Shown: in pieces, positions 52,256 through 64,000 of the stretch | Layout: every line of letters starts with the position of its first letter | Position numbering within the stretch: position 1 is the first letter of the stretch | DNA from: Rhizophagus irregularis | Taxonomy: Eukaryota | DNA length: 64,000 nucleotides | Assembly (NCBI RefSeq): GCF_026210795.1 | Contig: NC_089436.1 | Span: forward strand, 1,240,001-1,304,000 | Direction: 5' to 3' | Notes under the pieces: generated by a model | What the model was told of the DNA's origin: nothing | The model's input: only the letters and a program-made list of their open reading frames with translations | Databases searched by the model: none | Program-made: the position numbers and the translations under genes

Positions 52256-53202
52256 CATGCATATCAGATAACCCTGAAGTTTATACTACAAATGATTATA
52301 TAACATAAATAATATAAATATTTAATATGCCGTTAAAGTTTAGTACGGTTGTGATTAAAATACGTCTAATGGGAATATATAAATTATCAAGACCAAACTG
52401 CTGTATCATCATTTAACACCATTTAACATCATATCTATAAAAATTACGCGCATTATTATCTCATCTTAATTATCATCTTGTTATTATTAGTAATATCATG
52501 CTAATTATAACTAAACTTTTTAACTATTTAAAATAGTAAAGATTAACAAAGATAATCGAAACTTTAATATATTTTTATTAAAATAATAAAAGCAGGATAG
52601 CTCATTAAATATTATCAATGATAACAATATGGGATAAGATAACATTGTCTTTTGAGATATAAACAGATTATGTTAATCTTATTGTATCACAGATAATACG
52701 TATATTCCTACAATTAGCTTAGATTGATACTCTTGATAAAAATGAGTAAATTGATATAGTTTTTAGTAAAACGCGGACCTTTTCCATTTTCAGTTAAAAA
52801 TAGATTTAAATTTTGATTTTTATTCGGCGTGAACGAAAAGTTGTCAAATTAATCTTAATTAAATTTTTGTTGAAGATTCTTAAAAAATTGTGTGGATTAC
52901 ATAATTAATTACATAAAAACGTTCGAAGAGAATTTACCATAAATGTTAATATTAATATTACGATTTAGTTTGTGATTTTGTGATTTTCACGAATGATGAC
53001 AAAACGAAAAAAGAAACGAATAAAACGAAATTTGGAGGAACAAAGAAAAGGAATTTACATATAACGAACCGGTGTTAAACGGAAATAAAGGTATTTTCGA
53101 TAAAGGCCAATTTTCTCTTACCGTAATTTTACTAACGACAGTATCTGTATTCATGCAAAAGATGAATGATAACGAATTCGCGATACGATAAACGATCCCC
53201 TT

Positions 53203-53516
53203 TTACATTTTTCCATATAAAAAAGTTCCGAAAAACTTAATGGTCGACAGTAGTATATAGCTTTTTCATGACATGGTAAAATGTTAAAATGTAATTGTTC
53301 TAAATTTGAGAATTTAATTTCTTCAGCAATATCAAATTGATTTGATAATTCGGATGGATCAGGATCGTCGCATATTGCTGTGACCCAATTTCCTAAGCAT
53401 TCGTAAAGTTGAGATGCTGTTGGTCTATTGGATGAATCAGCATCAAATATTGTAACATTAATCTAGCGAAAACAGGTAGAGTTCCGCTAACTATATTTGG
53501 TCCGGTTCCTGAACAA
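53203..53516 (-). pseudogene. Orphaned K1-type C-terminal kinase segment downstream of K2
   Basis: Matches K1 4569-4884 (DADSSN, QLYECL, FDIAEEIKFSNLEQ) with a 1-nt deletion near 53447. Confidence 0.85.
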
Positions 53517-53568
53517 CTACTCGAATAAAATTAGACAATGATTTTAATATATTTTCCAGTATATAATA

Positions 53569-55059
53569 TTAATATATGGAATGTAATAACGGGCGACTAA
53601 AATAAATGGCATTTTCATGACGCAGTATAATATTAAATCTTAATTTATCTCTATTTGCGAATTTAGCTTCTTCTGCGGCATTGAATTGATTTGATAATTC
53701 GGATGGATCAGGGTCATCACAAATTGCTATAAACCAATTTCCTAAATATTCGCAAAGCTGTGATGCTGCTGGTCTATTGGATGGATCAGCATCCAAACAC
53801 TGCAACATTAATTTAGTGAAAATAGGTGGAGTTCCACTGACTATGTTCGGTCTGGTTCCTGAACAAATCTCTTGTATAAGTTGTGAATCATGAGGTCTAT
53901 CACAATAAGGGCGTACACCAGCTGATAGCATCCACATAATCATACCGAAGCTGTATATATCAGACTCTTTGGTTAGTGTATATCCATTTAAGATTTCGGG
54001 AGCAACGAATGGTATTACGCCGTAAATTTGTTTAGAAGATATTTGATTATCAACATGACCGTGTAATCCTGTGTCTGCAATTTTAGTATCTATTGAATCC
54101 ATTTCGTTCTCAACTAGTATATTCCCTCCGTGCAAATTTCCATGAATGAGATCACGTTCATGAATAAAATTAAGACCAGCTGATATTGCCCATAACATAT
54201 CTACGATATCTCTCCAGCAAAGGACTCCCATGGATTCGTCAAGATACGAATATAAATTTCCATTTTCATAATATCTCATAACGAACATGTAACCCGATGT
54301 CAGATCTTTAGTCATGCCAAAATAATCTGCAAGTGATCCACTTTGTAAACATTTATAATATCTATATAACTTTTTGGTTAAACAAATTTTTAGCCCAAAT
54401 TGTGCCAATTAGATTTACAGTTAAGTTTGACCAATAATAAAAATTTTCAGCCATTTGGCGTTTTTATTTATATACTTACTTGATTTACGAACTCTTGATT
54501 TATGTTCTGGGAATTATCAAATCGCTTTAGGATGACTTTAGTTAGACCATTACGAGTCCATACTTCGGTTTCTTCGTCCAAATTCCAACTTGGGCCTTCC
54601 ATCCATATTGCAGAATAAATTGAGCTAAAAGCACCTCGTTTATTAGTATTCTCAACTAAGTCGAATTGATTAAAATCAATCCACTCAAGGTAGTCCGTAC
54701 TGTCATTTGCATTTAATTGAGTGTACTGGATGAATTCATCTATCATAGAGTTTCCGCTGGTCCAACTATAAAATTTTCCTTTCAAATTTGAAATATCGCA
54801 AATTTTACACCATGCAGTGGAAGTTCGTTGGCTTTTACAATCTGGACAATTTCCATATGATAGAGCTTTATTATTTGCACTATTTATAGCGAAATCCCGA
54901 GACCCGGAGGCCGGTTCTGACAAACGCACGACCTCCAGCTTATTTGCTTTTTCTTTTATTTGCTTTTTTGGAAAATTTGCTTTTATTATTTTTTTTTCTC
55001 CGAAAAAAAAAATAATAAAAGGGTGGCTCTGGAAGCCGCGACATTCTATCATAAAGCAT
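53569..55059 (-). CDS. TKL-type pseudokinase K2 (intron 54370-54479) with alternative C-terminus; +1 nt in the N-terminal insert shifts the in-frame ATG to 55052
   Basis: Near-identical to K1 in exon 1; HGNLHGGN and ADTG; ends FNAAEEAKFANRDKLRFNIILRHENAIYFSRPLLHSIY. Confidence 0.85.
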
Positions 55060-57965
55060 TTATATTAGATATGTTAGCTGCTTTGCCAGAAAAAAAAAGT
55101 TTGATCAATTTAATTAGTTTATTTGAGTACAATAAGTCTGTATTTCATATTGTTTTTTATCGCAGTTTAAATAAGATTTCTATAATTATGACAAATAAAT
55201 CTAAAGGGTGTATGTAATAATAATAAAAAAAAATCTTTAAAGGTGTAACATTGCAACGAGATTTGCTTCTTGCATGACATATAAGTGCATGAGTGCTGGC
55301 GAAATTTCTGAAACCTGTAATTGGGATAATCTTAATACATAATGTATAAATGCGAAATTACGTAATTGCCTCTGAAAATATTTTACATTAACTACTTTAA
55401 CTACGAAAAAACTATCTTTAGGAATAATGCCCATGAAACCATGTGAAATAGCAACATTTTTTTAACGTCAAGAATGCCACGAGGTAATCGCATTTTGATC
55501 GCACTTTTTACATGCGAATATTGAATGAACAAGGTTTTTTAAACAATAACGCAAATAATGATTAATCAATTTCCAAAGATCTCCAAATTCGACTATTTTA
55601 GTTGTCAAAAATAAAAGATTTCCGAAAATACGTTACTAAAATTATTTAGCTTATGATTAATTCTTGTTGTTGTTTATTTAATACTTTATGTTTACCATTT
55701 TTTTAGGTAGCAAAACACTTAAAATTCGAAACGTTTTATTATATCTAAATCTATTTTTTTTTCTTGATAATCATCGCCATCTTATCTTGATATCTTGAAG
55801 TTTCACAGAAATCCGCATCACATTACATGAGCAACGAGAGAAAAAAGAATATTGTATTTAAAATGTCGAGTAATTTATCGCAGCACAAAATTTAAAAATT
55901 TATTACACGCGTCTCGGAAATAGCGATAAGAGATACGAATTATAATTTTTTTCTTTTGATTTTTCAACTGTTACATTACAAGCTAGCATGAAAAGGCAAT
56001 GATTTATTATTTATTTATTTTTTCTTTTTTTTTTGTTTACACAACACAATTGAGTTAAAATTAATGTTTCGAATTTTTGGCAATTTTACGTGGCTGTTTT
56101 TTGTGTTTTTATCAAAAAGGTGAAAAAATAAAGTACGTCAAAATTATATGATTGAATTTTACTTAAGGATAATACTTCGGAGCCTTAATTGTTATCGGTG
56201 AATTGCGTAAACTCTCCCTAAAAATGTTAATATATTCCGGTTTGCCGATCGAAGTTATATGTCGTATTTTTCTGTGTTCTATGAACAACCTTAATTTAAC
56301 TTATAAAGGTTTTCGGGGAACTCCGAAAAAAGAATTTATTAGATACATAAAAAACTTAAATATTAGTATTTTTATTTCATGGGGGAATAATAGGCCCCTT
56401 CACATGAAATAAATGGGTAATTCCTTGGAGCGTGTCACTCATTAAATATAAACTAAAATTAGTAATTTCCCGGCTATCTATATGGGGCCCGGGAAATAAG
56501 TAAACGAAGATTCCCGGTCATTTATAAACAGCTAATCACTTGCAATTTTTAAAAATTAGTATGAAGGTGATCATGGGTGACACTTAGTGCGACAGGGATC
56601 ACAGCTAAAATTATTAATGCTGTACACAAATGCCAATTTATTATCTGCATAGTTAAGAAAACATGTGTTTTATAGTATATGTTGCACGTAATTTGATTTT
56701 GTATCCAGTATCCGCTTTCGAGGAAAAAAAAATAATTTGTTATCCTGCTTAAACTTACCGAAATTTGGTAATATTTACCCGAGTAACAAGAGATCTACGT
56801 ACCTTTTCAGGGCCAAAATTACGTAATGCCGCCCGGAATTATCAAAAAAGGAATGATCTACACGACCACGGAATGTCGATCATGCCAAGAGACGTGCAAT
56901 GTATTCCGAATTATCCCGAATCATCGTTTCTGCTTACAATAAGATAAAGTTATTATTTAATGTAAATTAATTACGGTTAAATACTTAACTCTATAATGGT
57001 AATCCTCCCGTTTACTAATGTGACTATAGGTTATTGCTGTATTACATTATTTACCCTTTTGCATATAATTCCGCTAATTCCGCCGAATAATCTGACGAAA
57101 ATTCATTCATAAATATTTACTTGCAAAAGAATCTTGTGCTGAAATTTATCTTGTCTTTACGGAACGAAGTTTGTTGTGGCTCGATAAATTGATAAGTGAT
57201 AACTCGTATTATTAATAAATATGTATACGAAAACGTAACGGATTATCTTATTTATTTTAACTTCTTTAGATATTTTTGATTTAGTACTATCTCGATATCA
57301 TTTCACTGGCTGTATTGATAGAAATATAAATATATGAGAATTCCAAAAGGACTTCTATTCCACTAAAAAGAGATGAAGTATCAAAGATATTAAAAATTAT
57401 ATTTGAATTTGTAATTGTCGCATGAAATATTTTCCGTTACGCCAACTCTAACTGAACCTTCCAAAAAAACAAATTCATTACCATTTACAGTATGCATCAA
57501 TGGTACTTTTCAATTTAAATAATGCTATAACAAATTTATATGAACCAGATTTAAACTCAAATACTCAAATTAAATTTTGAACAATTAATGCATGATATCT
57601 ACAATACGGGACTCCCCAAGATAAATCCCATTTCATATCTTATAATAAGCATGCAACATGATGTCGAATCTTTAGTTAAGCCAAAACAATTTGCAAAGAA
57701 ATTATTGACAAAATTTTATAACCAAAATAAAAATTCTCGGCCATTAGTGTTTATTTAAAATTAGGCAGCTGTTATTCGTCCGGAAAAAAATTTAATACCG
57801 GATTATTAGAATTTACCAGAAAATCCAGTAAAATTAGAATAGAGTATCAGAAGTCACGTGTAACTGCAACGGGCAGTAACTAGTTCACTATTATATTTTA
57901 AAACTACGATAATGGCTTTATTTTCGTAAAGGTGAAGTTTTACTTATTTTTTCTCTCAAATATAA

Positions 57966-59370
57966 ATGGACCAGGAGGAAAATGCACTTCTTTCTCGTCC
58001 TACACAAAATTATAATACATTGGACTCATCAGGAATTGACATAAGTCCTGAAACTCCACTTCTACCAACAACTTCTTCACCTCCACAAAACCAGCGTCAT
58101 CGGTTGAGTGGTGGTATTGGACCAGTTTTAAGTGAAATGAAGATACCGTTAAAAATTCGATTATATTTACGTGATGTACTATTACGTTTTTCACAGTTTA
58201 TCCTTATCCTTGTATTTCTTTTCACTTTTTTGACTATTTTTAAATATAAAGCTATACCCGATTCAAATGATTATTCTGATATTGAATTTAATCGGAGATT
58301 TGATCCTAGATCTTATATGACTCCAATAGATAATGATTTTCAAAATTTTCTGATAGTCGAATGAACTCCGAGTACATTATTAAAATGGGCAATAGGTAAA
58401 AATATATTTATTTAATTCTTAAATTTAAAAAAAAAATTTTAAATATTTTCTACTTCGATAATTAATAAATAGCTAATGAATGTAATGCTATAATTGTAAG
58501 TGATCATAATAACATTGAAGGTGCTTTAGTAGCCCAAAGAATTTCACGTGCAAAATATAATTAATGATTCGGTCACTGTAATGCCAGTAATGGAATATAG
58601 GTAAAAAAAGAATAAAATTAATTCTTAATTAATTTTAATTATATTAAAATAAATTCATTTAACTAATTATTAATAACATTAACCTTTTTTTTATTTAAAT
58701 AGTTCCTGTCGACTCCAATATGCAGTTTATTGGTATAAATGAAACGGTACTAGATGATTTTCCAGATTTTTCTTCAGATGAAAGGTTAGAAGAATAATAA
58801 ATTATGTTCATAAATTAGGTGGGTTGGTATCTATAAATCATATTCCATGGAGTAATAGTACTGAATGGGGATATCAAGTTGGAACGTTGACAGATCATCC
58901 TTCATGAAAGAAACTTCGAGATATGTTACTCGTTATTTAATTAGAATCTGGATTTGTGTAATAATTGTAGTAAATTTATTAATTTAAAAATATGATATTT
59001 ATTATAATAGGGAGTTGATGGACTCGAAGTAGTAATCAATGGATATACATTCTCCAGCAAAGAGAACAAGTTTTTTTTATTTGATGCAACAGGAATGAGA
59101 TCAAGAGTTTATCCAAAGTTTATTATAATTTGTTGCCAATCACTTTACTAGCAGATTATTGGACATCATTTTATTCTGAAGTAAAGAAATGTATTGTTTC
59201 AATATACTTTTTGTCATCAAAGAAAATTTCTCTGGTGTCTACATGTTATGAAATTGGAAGAATTTTGTTTATTAAAGGATATGAATAATTTCTATGCGGA
59301 AATTAAAAATGGTAATATAGGGAGAAATGAAAATGAAGAAGAAAGGCAAGTCGATTTAGTTGATATCTAG
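57966..59370 (+). pseudogene. Membrane-anchored PHP-domain (polymerase/histidinol phosphatase-like) protein, disrupted
   Basis: N-terminal TM segment, then exons giving AIIVSDHNNIEGA, PVMEY, HKLGGLVSINHIPWS and GVDGLEV. Stops at 58362 and ~58905 plus frameshifts; the first HxH motif is not seen. Confidence 0.7.
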
Positions 59371-60646
59371 ATTTTTTTTTAATTATAGTTGTCTAATTTT
59401 TATGTATCTTAAAATAATTTCATACTAAAGAGAAATCTTTTTTTTTTAATCATAATCAATTGATTAGTGATACGATGAGATTATGCTTTTTTAATGTCGA
59501 ATGATAAGTTTAGAAATTATGTAATGATTACTCATTTTTATTTTTAATATTATTTTATAGACAGTATACAGCCAAATTCATAGTCGCCTTTTCGTGCGTT
59601 AGTTCTTTTTCATATTTTTAAATAAACTGAATCAGCAATTTAAAATATTTAATAAAGGATAAAAAAATTTATTAGTCTTGAAATAGTAATAAAATGAAAA
59701 CCCCCAAATAACAAACTGTAAGTTTCATTATGATAAAAAAAAGAATATTTTCTTTCTTAATATATAAAATAATTAATATCCTCAATTATAAATAATTTAA
59801 TTTCTCATCCAAAATAGCAATTTTTTTTAATCTTAAGAAATTTATCTTAACAGTAAAAAATCAATAATATTTCATATGATTAAAATTAAAATTTTTAAAA
59901 TAAATAAAAATAGTAATAAAATTATTTATTTTTTTTTTATTCAAATATAATAATTCTATTTTATTATTTATTTACAGGATTTTATTTTTAATTTTAATTA
60001 TTTTTTTTTTTAGGAAAAAATCAACGATCATAAAAAAAAACGATAATCATCTACGAGATGACGTCTTGAAAATTTAATTTAAATACAATGCATTATTACT
60101 AAATGCGACACGTATGTATGTGGATATGATATGATGAGATCAGTACATATATATTATTTATATTGATGCCTCCGCCGATCAAAAAAATAAAGTAGCTGAT
60201 CTAAAGATCGATTTGATGATCATGATAAACATTGAGCGTATTGTTAGTATATAGCTTTAAATGATTTATTCAGGATCCAAACAATATTAGATAAATAATA
60301 TGTAGCGTTGATCATCTTTTTCATATGGACCTTTACTATCAAAATGAATCCAATACAGTAAGTACACTATCAATAAAATATTAAATAGATTCTATTAAAA
60401 ATAAAGAAATAGAAAATATTATCGCTGGTTTCAATTTAGTGTGATCATAGCGTAACACCCCCATAAAAAAATTTTTAAAATTTGTGATTATTATATTGTT
60501 TTATTTTTAATAAAAAGTCGTAAAAGTTTTTGGAAGACTTTAACTTAAATAGCTGATTGAGTTTATTTAAAATAAAGAAACTATCGATAAAAAGTTTACG
60601 TAATTATAAATTTGAGTTTCTTAGTACATTTAACCGTATCATCATA

Positions 60647-60897
60647 GCGGATTTATGAAATACCCCAAAATTTGTCCGTCATGTCAAATTAAATAAATAT
60701 TTAACAGTATTTTAGTCACCAAATTTCTATTCAAGTTAGTGAACAGTCAAAAATGAGCTCTAAAAAATTTTTTTGTATCCCAAATCTTGCGTCTAACCAA
60801 TTTTCCCATTATCTAACCAATTTTTCCAGTTAATGTTTCTGTAAATCAATTTTAATTCCCGAGGGCGCAGGGTTTTTGCCAAATTTCATAAATCCGC
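60647..60897. mobile_element. Old MITE
   Basis: 15-bp inverted repeat GCGGATTTATGAAAT; no TSD. Confidence 0.5.
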
Positions 60898-61508
60898 CGC
60901 AATGTTATAACTTATATGATATATATAAAAATTATTTTTTAGACCAATTTGAGAAAGAAGAAAGAAATGAGTAAACATTACGTAATCTCTTTAAGCTTAA
61001 CATTTAGCATTAAAAAGCATAGCTGCAAAGTTCCACAACGTTTATCGTATCGTATCATTAATTAATTCAATACGATAAAAAATTTTTACTTTTTGACATA
61101 GTATGTTGTTTCTTACTGAGAAAATCCTACTAGTATATTATTGATGTCTATACCATCTTTTAAATCTATAAAATTAATATTTAATATGAACTGAATAAAA
61201 GTTTTCATATACAATGCGGGCAATAAAACTCGAAAACTTACCTTTCATTGATATAATTTTATAAAATTAATAAGGAATCCTTTTACTCCAATTAAAACTG
61301 ATATCAGTTTTCAAAAAACTCTAGGATTGTCTCTCACATATATTGTTGTAATTCATTAGTATTTCATAATGATCGTTTTTCTACATTATGTTTAACATCT
61401 CGACAGGATTTATATATTGAAATTTCTATCTTATCCAAAACATTCTGCAAATTTCGACTTAATATTTTGAATCTATAATTTGTGTAAGGCAAAACAAATA
61501 TTTTTTCC

Positions 61509-62118
61509 CATGTCAAGATTTTTTGTCGATTTTAGGAAGAGGCCGAATTGGTTTAAAACCCTTATATCATTGTTTAATTGTATTCTCAAATAACTGGAAC
61601 GCTATTTCATGACAACTAATGTAATTTTCTAACAGTTATTTAATTGATTTTTGAACCCATCTGAACTGCCATAATAAACATTAGTGTCCCAATTGGTAAA
61701 ACATTTTATAACCAAGCTCATTAATTTAGTCGCCTTCTCACAGCTTTGTAAGGTACATTTGACAATTTTCTAGCCAAAGTACGTAAATATATTGAAATTA
61801 TTTTAACAAATATGCCGTTTAAGAACATGTTAATGATTCATATTTTGTTTGGCCGACTATTGCCTCTTCTGTGCATCATGTCTTGATATTATAACAGTTA
61901 ATGATGAATTTCTTTTAAAAAAAAATAGCTTGGAATCGCTTATTTTGTAAACAAGGATTTTTAACAACCGTCATTTTAAAATTGATTGGATAATTTACAC
62001 GTTAGACGACTTATTAGCTGCATATTCCCTAACCCTACAGTTTGTACTACATAACCTGTCAAATCATCAGATGATAAATTAAGATTAGTTGACTGTATAA
62101 ACAAAATGATTATATAAT

Positions 62119-62150
<32 letters not shown>

Positions 62151-64000
62151 GTAGATAACTATACATTATTTACACATGAAAATCTATTCTTATCGATTAT
62201 GCACATTTAATGTAGCCATTTAAGTTTTAGTACGGATGTGATTAAAATATGTTTAACGGAAATATATAAAATGCCAAACGGCTGTATCATCATTTAACAT
62301 CATGTCTAAAAATTACACGCATTATTATCTCATCATCTCATTCATCATCTTGATATTATTAAATATCATGCTAAATATATATTAATAAAGAACACCTCTC
62401 AATTATAACTTTGATAAATACTATGAATATATAAAAAACGTTAAACTCTTTAACTATTTAAAAATAGTAAAGATTAACAAAGATAATCGAAACTTCAATC
62501 TATTTTTATTAAAACAATAAAAGCAAGATAGTTCATTCAATATTATCAAAAGAACTTATCCCTATAAAAAAATTCTGGAAAAAACTCTGATAAATGATAA
62601 TTTTCCTTCTGAAGAAACTCAGAAATATGATCATTTTTCTGAATAAATTAAATTTGTTATGTCGACTTATTTTTTTTTTTATATTTTTTATATTTAAATT
62701 TTTGACATATGATATATAGGACATAGAAATGTTAACAATTTAACTTAAGTTTTAATTGATGTGACCGAAAATTGTCAAATTAATCTTAATCTTTGTGTTA
62801 AAGATCCTTAGAGGTGAGAAATACATAATTAATTTCATAACAACACCCAATATAATATTTACCATAAATGTTAAAATTACGATTTAAGTTGTGACTTTGT
62901 GATTCTGCAAAGATTTTTAATGACGCACCCGCGAGGCAAACACTTTGTCCATAATTATTTTGTCAAAAAAAAGTCAAAAAATCTTAATACATTTTCTACT
63001 CAAAACGTTTATATTTAACTAAAAATAACCAAAATTCTTATATTCTTCATCTCAAAGCAACTTGCGCATTGTTGAGCTGAGTATAATGATAAAACGAAAA
63101 AAAATAATAAAACGAATTTTAGAAAGAAATTTCTGGTATAACGAATCGGCGGTTAAACGGATTACGAAATAATATTTTTCGATCAAGGCATATTCTTTTC
63201 CTACCCTCAATTTTATTAACGATTTTAATATTCTATTTAAATTTGTACTACGATGTATTCCTTCTTAAAGTTCCGAAATATTTAACAGTCGACTATAATA
63301 GATAGCTCTTTCATGACATGGTAAAGTGTTAAAATGCAATTGTTCTAAGCTTGAGAATTTAATTTCTTCGGCAACGTTAAATTGATTGGATAAATCCGAT
63401 GGATAAGGATCGTCGCATATTGTTGTGACCCAATTTCCTAAACATTCGCAAAGTTGAGATGCTGTCGGTCTATTGGATGGATCAGTATCTAAACATTGTA
63501 ACATTAATCTAGTGAAAACAGGTGGAGTTCCACTGACTATATTCGGTCTGGTTCCTGAACAAATCTCTTGTATAAGTTGTGAATCATGAGGTCTATCACA
63601 ATAAGGGCGTATACCAGCTGATAGCATCCACATGATCATGCCGAAACTGTATATGTCAGACTCTTTAGTTAATGTATATCCATTAAAGACTTCAGGAGCA
63701 ACAAAAGGTATTACGCCGTAAATTTGTATAGAAGATATTTGTTCATCAACAGGACCGTGTAATCCTGTGTCCGCAATTTTAGCATCTATTGAATCCATTT
63801 CGCTATCCTCAACCAGTATGTTCCCCCCGTGTAAATTTCCATGAGTAAGATCGCGTTCATGAATAAAATTAAGACCAGCTGATATGGCCCATAATAGATC
63901 TACAATATCTCTCCAGTAAAGGATTCTCGTGGATTCATCAAGATACGAATATAAATTCCCATTTTCATAATATCTCATGACGAACATGTAACACGATGTC
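61509..64000 (-). repeat. Segmental duplication unit K3 (runs off the window edge)
   Basis: Reverse complement of ~4135-6572, with private insertions near 62552-62760 and 62905-63080. Confidence 0.88.
63265..64000 (-). CDS. TKL-type pseudokinase K3, exon 2 (5' part outside the window)
   Basis: THGNLHGGN, ADTG, APE, SDIYSFG; paralog of K1. Confidence 0.85.
   Translation of the reverse strand, partial: TSCYMFVMRYYENGNLYSYLDESTRILYWRDIVDLLWAISAGLNFIHERDLTHGNLHGGNILVEDSEMDSIDAKIADTGLHGPVDEQISSIQIYGVIPFVAPEVFNGYTLTKESDIYSFGMIMWMLSAGIRPYCDRPHDSQLIQEICSGTRPNIVSGTPPVFTRLMLQCLDTDPSNRPTASQLCECLGNWVTTICDDPYPSDLSNQFNVAEEIKFSSLEQLHFNTLPCHERAIYYSRLLNISEL

Larger units (their letters stand above)
52257..57752 (-). 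repeat. Segmental duplication unit K2
   Basis: Reverse complement of 388-6050. Confidence 0.9.

Noticed and set aside
388..57752. K1/K2 inverted arms as giant TIRs of one transposon
   Set aside because: No TSD or transposase found; a third copy (K3) and the U copies fit a local duplication array better.

Overview
Very AT-rich, intron-containing eukaryotic DNA. The gene content (TKL-type kinases with an N-terminal CxxC...WCxxCD motif, F-box remnants, RT/RNase H LINEs, dense MITEs) suggests an arbuscular mycorrhizal fungus of the Rhizophagus type; this is inferred, not proven. The window is organised around a duplicated cassette: ~3 kb of shared 5' flank, a gene, then shared 3' flank. It occurs on the + strand at left (K1 ~0.4-6.6 kb, U1 ~23.6-27.1 kb) and on the - strand at right (U2 ~45.6-51.2 kb, K2 ~52.3-57.8 kb, K3 61.5-64 kb). 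K copies carry a pseudokinase (catalytic HRD->HGN, DFG->DTG); U copies carry an unrelated unknown-function gene. Between the arms lie a PAQR/haemolysin-III gene (9 coding exons), an apparently active TKL kinase and an F-box-like pseudogene; a PHP-domain pseudogene lies between K2 and K3. A transposon island at ~6.6-23.6 kb contains 5'-truncated LINEs with 16-17 bp TSDs and many MITEs, several with empty sites in paralogous copies. The most unusual observations are a minus-strand array of related micro-exons (7.7-8.5 kb), a frame-preserving repeat insertion in the pseudokinase N-terminus, a swapped C-terminus in K2, and a Mutator-like element carrying a kinase fragment. All alignments and translations were done by eye, so boundaries marked ~ are approximate.
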